From Rhodobacterales bacterium (GTDB lineage: Bacteria; Pseudomonadota; Alphaproteobacteria; Rhodobacterales; Rhodobacteraceae): a DNA stretch of 59,004 bases. The stretch covers positions 1 through 59,004 of the forward strand of contig JBGSRQ010000315.1 of NCBI GenBank assembly GCA_041737515.1, in the 5' to 3' direction. The translations under genes were made by a program, and so were the position numbers. The notes under the pieces were generated by a model. That model saw nothing but the letters and a program-made list of their open reading frames with translations. It was not told the DNA's origin and searched no databases. Below are positions 41,251-49,486 of this stretch, piece by piece; position 1 is the first letter of the stretch; each line of letters starts with the position of its first letter.

Positions 41251-41964
41251 ATGGACGCCGCAGGTTACACCACGCTAAGCCGCCAGTCGGGCCTGATGCG
41301 CGAAATGCAGGTGGTGGCAAACAACATCGCCAACGCCTCCACCACGGGCTTTCGTCGCGAAGGCGTGGTATTTTCCGAATATGTCGAACAGATGCAGGAT
41401 GAGCCGTCGCTTTCGATGGCAACCGCTGCGGCCCGCAATGTTGATCTGACGCAGGGCGGGTTGACCCAGACCGGCGGCAGCTTTGACTTTGCGATCGAAG
41501 GCGAGGGGTTCTTTTTGCTGGATACACCTCGCGGCCAGCGCCTGACACGGGCGGGCAGCTTCACGCCCTCAGCCGAGGGCGAGCTGGTCAACCCGGATGG
41601 TTACCGGCTGCTGGATCAGGGCGGTGCGCCCGTGTTCGTGCCACCCGACGCCGGGCCAGTGTCGATGGCACAGGATGGCACGCTCTCGGCCAATGGCCAG
41701 CCCATCGCCCGCGTTGGCCTTTGGCAGCCCAACACCGCCACCGATCTGCGCCATGAAAGTGGCACGGTCTTTGTGGCAGCAGGCGGTAGTCAACCCGTTG
41801 ACGGCGGCAAGATCCTGCAAGGCTACGTCGAAGACAGCAACGTCAACCCGGTCGTTGAAATCGCCCGGATGATTGATGTCCAGCGCGCCTACGAACTCGG
41901 TCAGACCTTTCTTGACCGAGAGGATTCACGCGTGCGCGGCGTGATCCAGACCCTTGGCCGATAG
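41251..41964 (+). CDS. flgF: flagellar basal-body rod protein FlgF
   Basis: 237 aa. ANNIANASTTGFRRE N-terminus and C-terminal VNPVVEIARMIDVQRAYE. Confidence 0.9.
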   Translation: MDAAGYTTLSRQSGLMREMQVVANNIANASTTGFRREGVVFSEYVEQMQDEPSLSMATAAARNVDLTQGGLTQTGGSFDFAIEGEGFFLLDTPRGQRLTRAGSFTPSAEGELVNPDGYRLLDQGGAPVFVPPDAGPVSMAQDGTLSANGQPIARVGLWQPNTATDLRHESGTVFVAAGGSQPVDGGKILQGYVEDSNVNPVVEIARMIDVQRAYELGQTFLDREDSRVRGVIQTLGR

Positions 41965-41973
41965 GAGAGACCG

Positions 41974-42759
41974 ATGAACGCCCTTCAGATTGCGGCAAGC
42001 GGCATGGCGGCCCAGCAGATGCGGGTCGATGTCGTGTCCAACAACCTCGCGAACATGTCGACAACGGGCTACAATGCGCGCAGGGCCGAGTTTGCCGACC
42101 TGCATTATCAACAACTTGCCCGACCGGGAACCGTTTCGGCACAAGACGGCACATTGCTGCCCACAGGCGTGCAACTTGGCATGGGCGTGCGACCCACATC
42201 GGTGTCTGTCATTCTCGCCCAAGGTTCGCTGACCGCAACCGGTGGCGATCTGGATGTGGCGATCGAGGGGCGCGGATATCTTGAGGTGACGCTGCCCTCC
42301 GGCGCATCGGGATATACCCGCGACGGCGGCCTGAAGCGCACCGGCGACGGCCTGATCGTCACCTCTGACGGCTATCCGGTGGCGCCGGGCCTGACCATTC
42401 CATCCGATGCGCGCAGTGTGTCGATAAACGCCGAGGGCGAGGTTTACGCCTACTTCACAAACCAGGTGCAGCCGCAACTGCTGGGGCAACTCAGCATGGC
42501 GGGATTCACCAACGAAAAGGGGTTGGAGGCGATCGGCTCGAACCTCTTTCTGGAAACTCCTGCTTCCGGCCCGGCGCTGACCGGAACCGCCGGTCAGGAC
42601 GGGCTTGGCACCTTGCGGCAGGGCTATCTTGAGGAAAGTTCGGTCGACGCCGTGCGCGAAGTGACCGAGTTGATCAAGGCCCAGCGTGGCTATGAATTGA
42701 ACGCGAAAGTCATCACTGCTGCCGACCAGATGCTGTCCGCCACAACGCAGGTGCGATGA
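41974..42759 (+). CDS. flgG: flagellar basal-body distal rod protein FlgG
   Basis: 261 aa. SNNLANMSTTGYNARR and LEESSVDAVREVTELIKAQRGYELNAKVI. Confidence 0.95.
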   Translation: MNALQIAASGMAAQQMRVDVVSNNLANMSTTGYNARRAEFADLHYQQLARPGTVSAQDGTLLPTGVQLGMGVRPTSVSVILAQGSLTATGGDLDVAIEGRGYLEVTLPSGASGYTRDGGLKRTGDGLIVTSDGYPVAPGLTIPSDARSVSINAEGEVYAYFTNQVQPQLLGQLSMAGFTNEKGLEAIGSNLFLETPASGPALTGTAGQDGLGTLRQGYLEESSVDAVREVTELIKAQRGYELNAKVITAADQMLSATTQVR

Positions 42760-43175
42760 TGCGCTGGCTGTTCCTCATGATGCTGCCTCAGATGGCGATG
42801 GCTGACAGCCTGATCGCAACTCGCACGATCCGGGCGCAATCGGTGCTTGAAGAAGCCGACATCACGCTTGTTGCCGCAGAAATTCCCGGTGCGCTGTCTG
42901 TTTCGGCCGATGCCATCGGCCAGGAGGCGCGGATCACCCTTTACGCCGGCCGCGCCGTCCGGGCCGAAGACCTGGGGCCTCCGGCGACGGTCGAGCGGAA
43001 CCAGATTGTGCCATTGTCCTATTCCGTCGGTAGCCTGTCCATCACAACCGAAGGCCGCGCCCTGCTGCGGGGCGGCACTGGCGACACAATCCGCGTGATG
43101 AACCTTGCCTCCCGCACAACAGTATCTGGCCGGATCGCGGATGATGGTCGCGTTCTGGTCGGTCCCCCGTCCTGA
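42756..43175 (+). CDS. flgA: flagellar P-ring assembly chaperone FlgA
   Basis: 139 aa. Signal peptide, SAF-like region, C-terminal GDTIRVMNLASRTTVSGRI. Confidence 0.85.
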   Translation: MMRWLFLMMLPQMAMADSLIATRTIRAQSVLEEADITLVAAEIPGALSVSADAIGQEARITLYAGRAVRAEDLGPPATVERNQIVPLSYSVGSLSITTEGRALLRGGTGDTIRVMNLASRTTVSGRIADDGRVLVGPPS

Positions 43176-43185
43176 AGGAAACCAT

Positions 43186-43905
43186 ATGCGCCTGCTTCTT
43201 GTTGCCCTTGTTGCCGTCACTGCCTGCTCCCGGTTGGATGAAGTCGGGCGTGCGCCGGATTTTTCCCCGATCGAGGAAAGCAATCAGTACCACGCAATCT
43301 ACTCCAACCCACTTCCCGAAACGGCTGACGCGAACAGTGTCACGGATGCCTCATCCTTGTGGACCAACGGGCGTTCGTCGCTTTTTGGTGAACGTCGCGC
43401 AGCAGGTCGGGGCGACATTCTGACCGTCGTGATCGAAATCAATGACAAGGCGGAAATCTCCAACTCGACGGGCCGCACAAGAAGCGGTTCGGAGACATTG
43501 GGAATTCCGTCCTTGTTCGGCATTCCACAGCGGATCGACAAGGCCCTGCCAGATGGCGCAAGCTTGGCCGAAGCTGTAAACACAACCTCTTCGTCCAGCT
43601 TTTCGGGCGACGGATCAGTGGCACGCAAGGAAAAACTGACCCTGCGCGTGGCAGCAACCGTCGTCGAAGATCTTCCCAACGGCGTTCTTCGCATCGAGGG
43701 GCAGCAAGAGGTTCGGGTCAACTACGAACTGCGCGAACTGATCGTGTCAGGGTATGTACGCCCCGGCGATATCTCGCGTCAGAACGAGATCACCTATGAC
43801 AAGATCGCTGGCGCGCGCATTTCCTATGGTGGCCGCGGCCAGATTACTGAGGTCCAGCAGCCCCGTTATGGCCAGCAGATCGCGGACAAACTCCTTCCAT
43901 TCTAA
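43186..43905 (+). CDS. flgH: flagellar L-ring lipoprotein FlgH
   Basis: ATG 43186 (RBS GAAGGAA). Lipobox LVAVTAC. GDILTVVIEINDKA and NGVLRIEGQQEVRVNYELRELIVSGYVRPGDI. Confidence 0.93.
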   Translation: MRLLLVALVAVTACSRLDEVGRAPDFSPIEESNQYHAIYSNPLPETADANSVTDASSLWTNGRSSLFGERRAAGRGDILTVVIEINDKAEISNSTGRTRSGSETLGIPSLFGIPQRIDKALPDGASLAEAVNTTSSSSFSGDGSVARKEKLTLRVAATVVEDLPNGVLRIEGQQEVRVNYELRELIVSGYVRPGDISRQNEITYDKIAGARISYGGRGQITEVQQPRYGQQIADKLLPF

Positions 43906-43914
43906 GGACGCCAG

Positions 43915-44367
43915 ATGTACAAACTGATCCCGCTCATCCTTGCCTTGATCGGACTTGGCGGCGGCGCCGGTGCGGGGTTGTATTTACGCCCTGGCTCCGT
44001 TGCGGCGGCCGAGCCGGAACATGTCGAGATGACCCCGGAAGAGCAGCCGGACTATGTAAAGATGTCGAACCAATTCATCATTCCGATCCTGCGCGAGGGG
44101 CGTGTCGCTTCGATGATGATCCTGTCTCTCAGTGTTGAGACACACCACGGCGGGACCGAAGACATATATGCCAAGGAACCGAAACTGCGCGACGCCTTCC
44201 TGCAAGTCATGTTCGACCATGCCAATGCCGGCGGGTTCGAAGGCGAATTCACCGACGCCTCGAAACTCATAGTCCTGCGCAAGGCCCTGAAAGAAGCCGC
44301 GCAAAAGGCGGTCGGCGATCTGGTTGCGGATGTTCTGATCGCCGATATCGCGCGTCAGGAAGGCTAA
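43915..44367 (+). CDS. fliL: flagellar basal body-associated protein FliL (copy 1)
   Basis: 150 aa. N-terminal TM helix, then a YVKMSNQFIIPIL...LRDAFLQVM FliL-type domain. Confidence 0.8.
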   Translation: MYKLIPLILALIGLGGGAGAGLYLRPGSVAAAEPEHVEMTPEEQPDYVKMSNQFIIPILREGRVASMMILSLSVETHHGGTEDIYAKEPKLRDAFLQVMFDHANAGGFEGEFTDASKLIVLRKALKEAAQKAVGDLVADVLIADIARQEG

Positions 44368-44371
44368 GCCA

Positions 44372-44707
44372 TCAGGGCTTTGAACCGCGCCTTCTGGCCT
44401 CCAGCAGGCGCAGGGCCTCCGTCCGGCCGAAGGCATGCCGGGTTTCGACCTGCGCTTCATGCCATGCCGCCGTCTGCCGGGCTAGATTGAGGTTGATCTC
44501 GGCACGGCGCTGGTCAGCCCAAAGTTGATACCGCAAATGTGCCTTCGCGGCCGTCAGCGGATCCAGGTCTTGCGCCGATGGCATGGCCAGTGACGCAAGA
44601 CGATCCAGGCTTTCCTGACGCAACCGGGTTGCCGCAGACAGCCGCATCTGCTGCACATCAAAAATCATGTCCGACAAGCGACAAATGTGCGCAAGCTTGT
44701 GCTTCAT
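44372..44707 (-). CDS. hypothetical coiled-coil protein coupled to flhB (FliJ-like candidate)
   Basis: 111 aa, Arg/Leu/Gln-rich helical. ATGA overlap with the flhB stop. Third-position GC counted by hand is about 69 percent. Confidence 0.55.
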   Translation of the reverse strand: MKHKLAHICRLSDMIFDVQQMRLSAATRLRQESLDRLASLAMPSAQDLDPLTAAKAHLRYQLWADQRRAEINLNLARQTAAWHEAQVETRHAFGRTEALRLLEARRRGSKP

Positions 44708-45789
44708 CGCCGAGTTCTTTTCGCGCGTTTGCGCATCGCCTCGGCAAACCGTATAGCGGCAGCGACAGCACGGTAATGTTCTGGTCGAATTTCAGAACCA
44801 ATCTCGACGCCCGCGTGAAGGGCGCGCGCAGTTGGCGGGTCACTTTGAATCGGGATGCCGGCAAGGGCCGCGCGCTCACGGATACGCGCCGCAATCTCGT
44901 CCACGCCCTTTGCCACGCAGACCGGCGCGCGTCGCGCATTGCGGTTCCATTTCAACGCCACCGCATAATGGGTCGGGTTCACGATCACAACATCGGCCCC
45001 CGCCACATCGGAGAGCATCCGGTTTGTCGCAATGTCGATGCCGCGCTGGCGGCGCTGGGCCTTGGCGTGCGGATCACCCTCGGAGTCCTTGTGTTCATCT
45101 ACCATTTCCTTGCGTGACATGCGGTTTTTGCGAAAATGCTCGGCGCGCTGCCACAAGTAGTCGATCGCGCCGATCGCCGTCGACAAGAACAGGATCAGAA
45201 CCAGAAACTCGACGGCCATCTGCACCAGAACCGTCGTCGTCATTGCGGGCGTCAGATAAAGCGTGCCGATCATCTGGCTGGCGCGCGAGGCAAGAAAGCC
45301 GCCCAACGTTGCTGCATAGACCACAAGTTTCACGGAGCTTTTGCCGAACTCGAACAGACCGGCCCTTCCGAACTTGTTTCCGAACCCGGCCAGAGGCGAG
45401 ATCTTGCTGAGCCTCATCTCGATTTTTTGCGGTGCAAAGACCAGCGACCGCTGCGACAGTATGGCGGCCAGGGCGGCCAAGGCGGGAAGCGCAAAGAACG
45501 GCGCGATTGCAATTCCAACGCTGCTGAGAATCCCGCCAACCGGCGCGGCGCTGCTCCGAAAGATCAGGTTTGACAGACGGTCTGATTGATCAAGCAAAAT
45601 GGCACAAACATCGCCCAGATGCTGCAGCGACCCTGCACCCAAAGCCACCGCGGCAAGGACCATGCCACCATACCCCGCAGCCGTCGTCAGATCGGGGGAA
45701 CGGACGAGCTCTCCTTTTTCGCGGGCCTGTTCCAGTTTGCGGGCAGAGGGGTCGTGCTCCTTGTCGGACTGGTCTTCCTCATCGCTCAT
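44704..45789 (-). CDS. flhB: flagellar export switch protein FlhB
   Basis: 361 aa. DKEHDPSARKLEQAREKGELVRS N-terminus, four TM helices, autocleavage site NPTHYAVAL. Confidence 0.95.
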   Translation of the reverse strand: MSDEEDQSDKEHDPSARKLEQAREKGELVRSPDLTTAAGYGGMVLAAVALGAGSLQHLGDVCAILLDQSDRLSNLIFRSSAAPVGGILSSVGIAIAPFFALPALAALAAILSQRSLVFAPQKIEMRLSKISPLAGFGNKFGRAGLFEFGKSSVKLVVYAATLGGFLASRASQMIGTLYLTPAMTTTVLVQMAVEFLVLILFLSTAIGAIDYLWQRAEHFRKNRMSRKEMVDEHKDSEGDPHAKAQRRQRGIDIATNRMLSDVAGADVVIVNPTHYAVALKWNRNARRAPVCVAKGVDEIAARIRERAALAGIPIQSDPPTARALHAGVEIGSEIRPEHYRAVAAAIRFAEAMRKRAKRTRR

Positions 45790-46565
45790 CGAGTCACCCG
45801 CAGCGGTGCCGCGAAGAAATCGAAAAAGTCATGTTGCCAAACTGCAAGCGACAGCGGCACAACAACCGTCATCAACGCCAGCCCGCCCAACGTCAACGCC
45901 GGCGCTCCCACAAATGCGACAGCCAGTTGCGGCATCGCCCGGTTGATGACCCCCAAGGCCACGTTGTACACCAAGGATGCGACGACAAATGGCGCAGCCA
46001 GAGAAAACCCAAGCGCGAAGGCCCGCCCGATCTGAAAAAGCCCCCATTGAGCAAGATCCGACGGCCCGACAAACAATCCTGGCGGCAAAAGGTCGTATGA
46101 CAGAATCAAGAGTTCGGCCACACGCACATGCAAGCCGCCGATCACCGCAAGCGCCAGAGCGGCGACAGTCAGCATGTTACCGACGGCTGGCTGCGGCTCA
46201 CCCGCCATGCCGCCGAAAAGCTGTGATAGCGAAAGCGCCTGACCGGCAATGGACCCGGCAATCTGCAGGGCATGAATGAAAAGTCGCAATCCGATACCCA
46301 GGATCAGACCCGCCATCACCTCGGTCACCAGAGGGAGCGCGACCAGCCCGTTCATGACGGAAATCTTCTCCGCTGCCGCGGGCGCCACGATCACCGTAAA
46401 GGCAAGCGTCAGGCCCAGCCGCACCCGCTGCGGCACGGTCTGGTCGCCAAAGGCCGGCAGCAGCGCCATCATCGCTCCGACGCGCAAAAACACCAGAAAC
46501 CCGATCTGAAGATACGTCTGGGTCAGACCGGTCAATTGCATCAGAGCGGCGAGAAGATCGGTCAT
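45786..46565 (-). CDS. fliR: flagellar export apparatus protein FliR
   Basis: 259 aa polytopic membrane protein. 4-nt overlaps with flhA and flhB. Confidence 0.9.
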   Translation of the reverse strand: MTDLLAALMQLTGLTQTYLQIGFLVFLRVGAMMALLPAFGDQTVPQRVRLGLTLAFTVIVAPAAAEKISVMNGLVALPLVTEVMAGLILGIGLRLFIHALQIAGSIAGQALSLSQLFGGMAGEPQPAVGNMLTVAALALAVIGGLHVRVAELLILSYDLLPPGLFVGPSDLAQWGLFQIGRAFALGFSLAAPFVVASLVYNVALGVINRAMPQLAVAFVGAPALTLGGLALMTVVVPLSLAVWQHDFFDFFAAPLRVTR

Positions 46566-48637
46566 GCCGGCACAAGGCCCACCATGGCGGGGCGCGCCTC
46601 GATCCCGATTTCCTCGTAGGACAGCACCGGAGCTGACAGGCTGCGCGCGCCCATAACCGTACGCAGGAACCGCCGCCGCAGGGTAGAGGTCACGATTGCG
46701 GGTGAAACCCCGTTTTCTGCGGCACGATTCAGCTTTTCCGCAAGGCCGTTCGCAAGCCGACTGAATTGCTCGGGCGGCAGGGCGACATCGCGCATCCCCC
46801 GGTCACCTTCAATCTGGTAGGTCACGAAAGCTTGCTCCCATTCCGGGGCAAGCTGGATCAGCGGGATGGTGCCGTCAGCACGGCGCAACTCTGCCACCAA
46901 CTGAAACCCGAGCCGTTGGCGCACATGTTCGCACACCGCCTCGGGCGAACCAAAATTCCGCGCCTCGGCGACCGATTCAAGGATCAGCGGCAGATTGCGG
47001 ATCGACACACGTTCCTCCAGCAAGAGCCGCAGCACCGCAAGCAAAAGATCGACGGGCACCTTGTCGGGAACCAACTCTTCCAGCAGCCGGCGGTTGGCAT
47101 CGGCGCGGGCCGGGTCTGAGACGTTAACGAACTCATCCAGCAACCGCCGCAGCCCGCGCAGCGTCAGCAGTCGCGCCAGATTACCCTTCATCACTTCCAA
47201 AAGGTGCGTCGCCAAAACCTCGGCGGGCGAAACAACGGTCAACCCGGCCAGGGCCGCCATTTCCTGATGATCGGACAGAATCCACCGCGCAGGCGCACCG
47301 TAAACCGGTTCGCGCACGTCCTCGCCCGGGGGGGCTTGAACCCCGTCCATCAACAGCGCAAGCGCACGGTCCGGCACCAGACGGTCGCGCACGCTCTCTA
47401 CCCCCTGCAGACGGATCCGGTAATGCCCGGGGGGAAGAATTGCTTCATCCGTCAGGCGCATTTCGGGCAGAATCAGGCCGAACGCGCTGGCAACATGGGT
47501 GCGCATGTTCTGGATGCGGCTATCAAGACCGGTGGCCGGATCAAGCACCATGGCCACCAGATTCGGCGCGAATTCAATGTGGATATCGTCAAAATCCAGC
47601 GTGTCGCCCAAGGATTTCGGACGCGGAGCTGCGGCCTCGATCACCGGTTCGACCACATTGGCGGTGTCACGACGATGGCCGAGCCAGGCTGCCCCTGCCA
47701 GTGCGGCCGCCCCCAGCATGAACGGCAAGAACGGCAATCCGGGGATAAGCGCAAACAGGGCCATCAGCACCGAAACCGTCCCCAATGCTGCCGGATACTT
47801 GCCAAGCTGACGGAAAAACGAAACATCCGTAGCGCCGGTCGCCCCGCCTCGCGCCAGCAAGAGCGCCGCCGCGATAGAGATGATCACAGCCGGAATCTGA
47901 CCAACCAGCCCGTCGCCCACCGTCAGAATGGCATATGTCTCGAACGCGCGACCAATCGGCATGTCGTGCACGAACACACCCATGATCAGACCCATGATGA
48001 TATTCAGCCCGGTGATCATCAGGCCCGCCACGGCGTCGCCCTTGACGAATTTGGACGCCCCGTCCAGCGAACCGAAAAAGTTCGTCTCGGCCAGCTCGCG
48101 CTCGCGCCGGGCTTTCGCCTCGGCGTGGTCGATGGCACCTGCGGCCATGTCGCTGTCGATCGCCAGCTGTTTGCCGGGCATCCCGTCCAGCGCGAATCGG
48201 GCACCAACCTCGGCCATGCGGCCAGCACCTTTGGTGATGACCATGAAGTTCACGATCAAGAGGACGCAAAAGATTACCACGCCCTGCAGCACACTGCCCG
48301 CCATGATGAAATTGGCAAAGCCTTCGATCACGCTTCCGGCAGCATCCGTGCCGGTATGGCCCTGCCCGATAATCAGCTTGGTGGACGAGATATTCAGCGA
48401 AAGACGCAGCATAAGCGACGCCAGAAGAATCGTCGGAAAAGCCGAGAAATCGAGAGGCCGTTCGATAAAGAGGGTAGTTGTGAACATCAGGATCGCCAGC
48501 GCGAACGACAGCGCAAGCCCGACATCCAGCATCCACGACGGAACTGGCAGGACCATCATCAGGATGACCGCCATCAACACCAACGCCAGCAGGATCGTGG
48601 GACGGAATATCAGTTGGGCAAGCGAGGGAGCACTCAT
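46562..48637 (-). CDS. flhA: flagellar export gate protein FlhA
   Basis: 691 aa. FHIPEP region FPTILLASLMLRLSLNISSTKLIIGQGH, ITKGAGRMAEVGARFALDGMPGKQLAID, and a cytoplasmic C-domain. Confidence 0.97.
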   Translation of the reverse strand: MSAPSLAQLIFRPTILLALVLMAVILMMVLPVPSWMLDVGLALSFALAILMFTTTLFIERPLDFSAFPTILLASLMLRLSLNISSTKLIIGQGHTGTDAAGSVIEGFANFIMAGSVLQGVVIFCVLLIVNFMVITKGAGRMAEVGARFALDGMPGKQLAIDSDMAAGAIDHAEAKARRERELAETNFFGSLDGASKFVKGDAVAGLMITGLNIIMGLIMGVFVHDMPIGRAFETYAILTVGDGLVGQIPAVIISIAAALLLARGGATGATDVSFFRQLGKYPAALGTVSVLMALFALIPGLPFLPFMLGAAALAGAAWLGHRRDTANVVEPVIEAAAPRPKSLGDTLDFDDIHIEFAPNLVAMVLDPATGLDSRIQNMRTHVASAFGLILPEMRLTDEAILPPGHYRIRLQGVESVRDRLVPDRALALLMDGVQAPPGEDVREPVYGAPARWILSDHQEMAALAGLTVVSPAEVLATHLLEVMKGNLARLLTLRGLRRLLDEFVNVSDPARADANRRLLEELVPDKVPVDLLLAVLRLLLEERVSIRNLPLILESVAEARNFGSPEAVCEHVRQRLGFQLVAELRRADGTIPLIQLAPEWEQAFVTYQIEGDRGMRDVALPPEQFSRLANGLAEKLNRAAENGVSPAIVTSTLRRRFLRTVMGARSLSAPVLSYEEIGIEARPAMVGLVPA

Positions 48638-48638
48638 G

Positions 48639-49409
48639 TCACGACGGATCGCCGAACAGCGGGCGTCGGGCCGACACGGCGGTAAACAGCGACGGCCCGG
48701 TTTGCGGCAAACCCGCCCGCAAAAGCGGGAATTGGTTTTCGCGGGGCTTCAGCGCGGCGAGACGCGCAGGTGCCTCGGTTTCCATTACCGGCAGTTGGTC
48801 GGACTGCGCCGCGAGGATCCGATCAAACCTGCGCCGGTATTTCTGTGCAAATTCTGGCGTACGAGAATGATAGGCCCCGGCCGCCACCGACCAGTCGCCA
48901 AATTCGCGGTAAAGGCGGTCAAGCAGCCGGGCCGCGTAAAGCGCATTGGTTTCGGGATCGAACATGCCCGACAGGTCGCGGAACCCCTCGGAGTGCCAAC
49001 GGTGGTTCAGCTGAAAGCAACCGACATCGACATTGGAGACGCCATTGGCAATTTGGCCCGAGACATAGGTTTCAGCCTCGGCTCGTGTGTTGAACCAATG
49101 GCTGTCTCCGCCCTGATTTGCAGCCCAGGGCCAGGGCCGCATCTGACCGGCACCACCCTTGAGGGTTCTGCCGGTTTCCGTAAGGCTGATTGAAAGCAAG
49201 ACCGCCAAAGGCACGCCGGTTTGTGCGGACGCATACTGCGATGCCACCTCACACAGGCTCGCGGGCGATTGCTCCCGTGCAGGAGCCGCTGTGGCAACGA
49301 TACCTGCAAAAAGAAAACTGGCGGAGGCGACACCCAGTCGCTGCAGCAGAACACCCGTGACCCGGACCGACCGGAATTCGCACTTATCTGAGGACACTTT
49401 CCGCTCCAC
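48639..49409 (-). CDS. secreted lytic transglycosylase (SLT domain; SltF-like flagellar PG hydrolase candidate)
   Basis: 256 aa. GTG start with GAGG RBS and a signal peptide. SLT core LLSISLTETGR ... VDVGCFQLNHRWH ... AGAYHS. Stop lies 1 nt from the flhA start. Confidence 0.8.
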   Translation of the reverse strand: MERKVSSDKCEFRSVRVTGVLLQRLGVASASFLFAGIVATAAPAREQSPASLCEVASQYASAQTGVPLAVLLSISLTETGRTLKGGAGQMRPWPWAANQGGDSHWFNTRAEAETYVSGQIANGVSNVDVGCFQLNHRWHSEGFRDLSGMFDPETNALYAARLLDRLYREFGDWSVAAGAYHSRTPEFAQKYRRRFDRILAAQSDQLPVMETEAPARLAALKPRENQFPLLRAGLPQTGPSLFTAVSARRPLFGDPS

Positions 49410-49486
49410 TCTGCCTCGTTCTGAGGCGTTGAGGGCAGACTAGTGCGCGAATCTTTCCAAAGTGTGAGGACCGACCATTTATTGGC

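Noticed and set aside
43615-43635. TGGCAC sequence resembling a sigma-54 -24 element
   Set aside because: It lies inside the flgH coding sequence and lacks a TTGC -12 element at the correct spacing. No sigma-54-type promoter was seen in any flagellar intergenic region.
47204-48685. 493-aa plus-strand ORF (and the 421-aa ORF at 47928-49193) opposite flhA and the SLT gene
   Set aside because: Both are antisense to strongly recognisable FlhA. Composition is dominated by Arg/His/Gly/Gln runs. Judged high-GC shadow ORFs.
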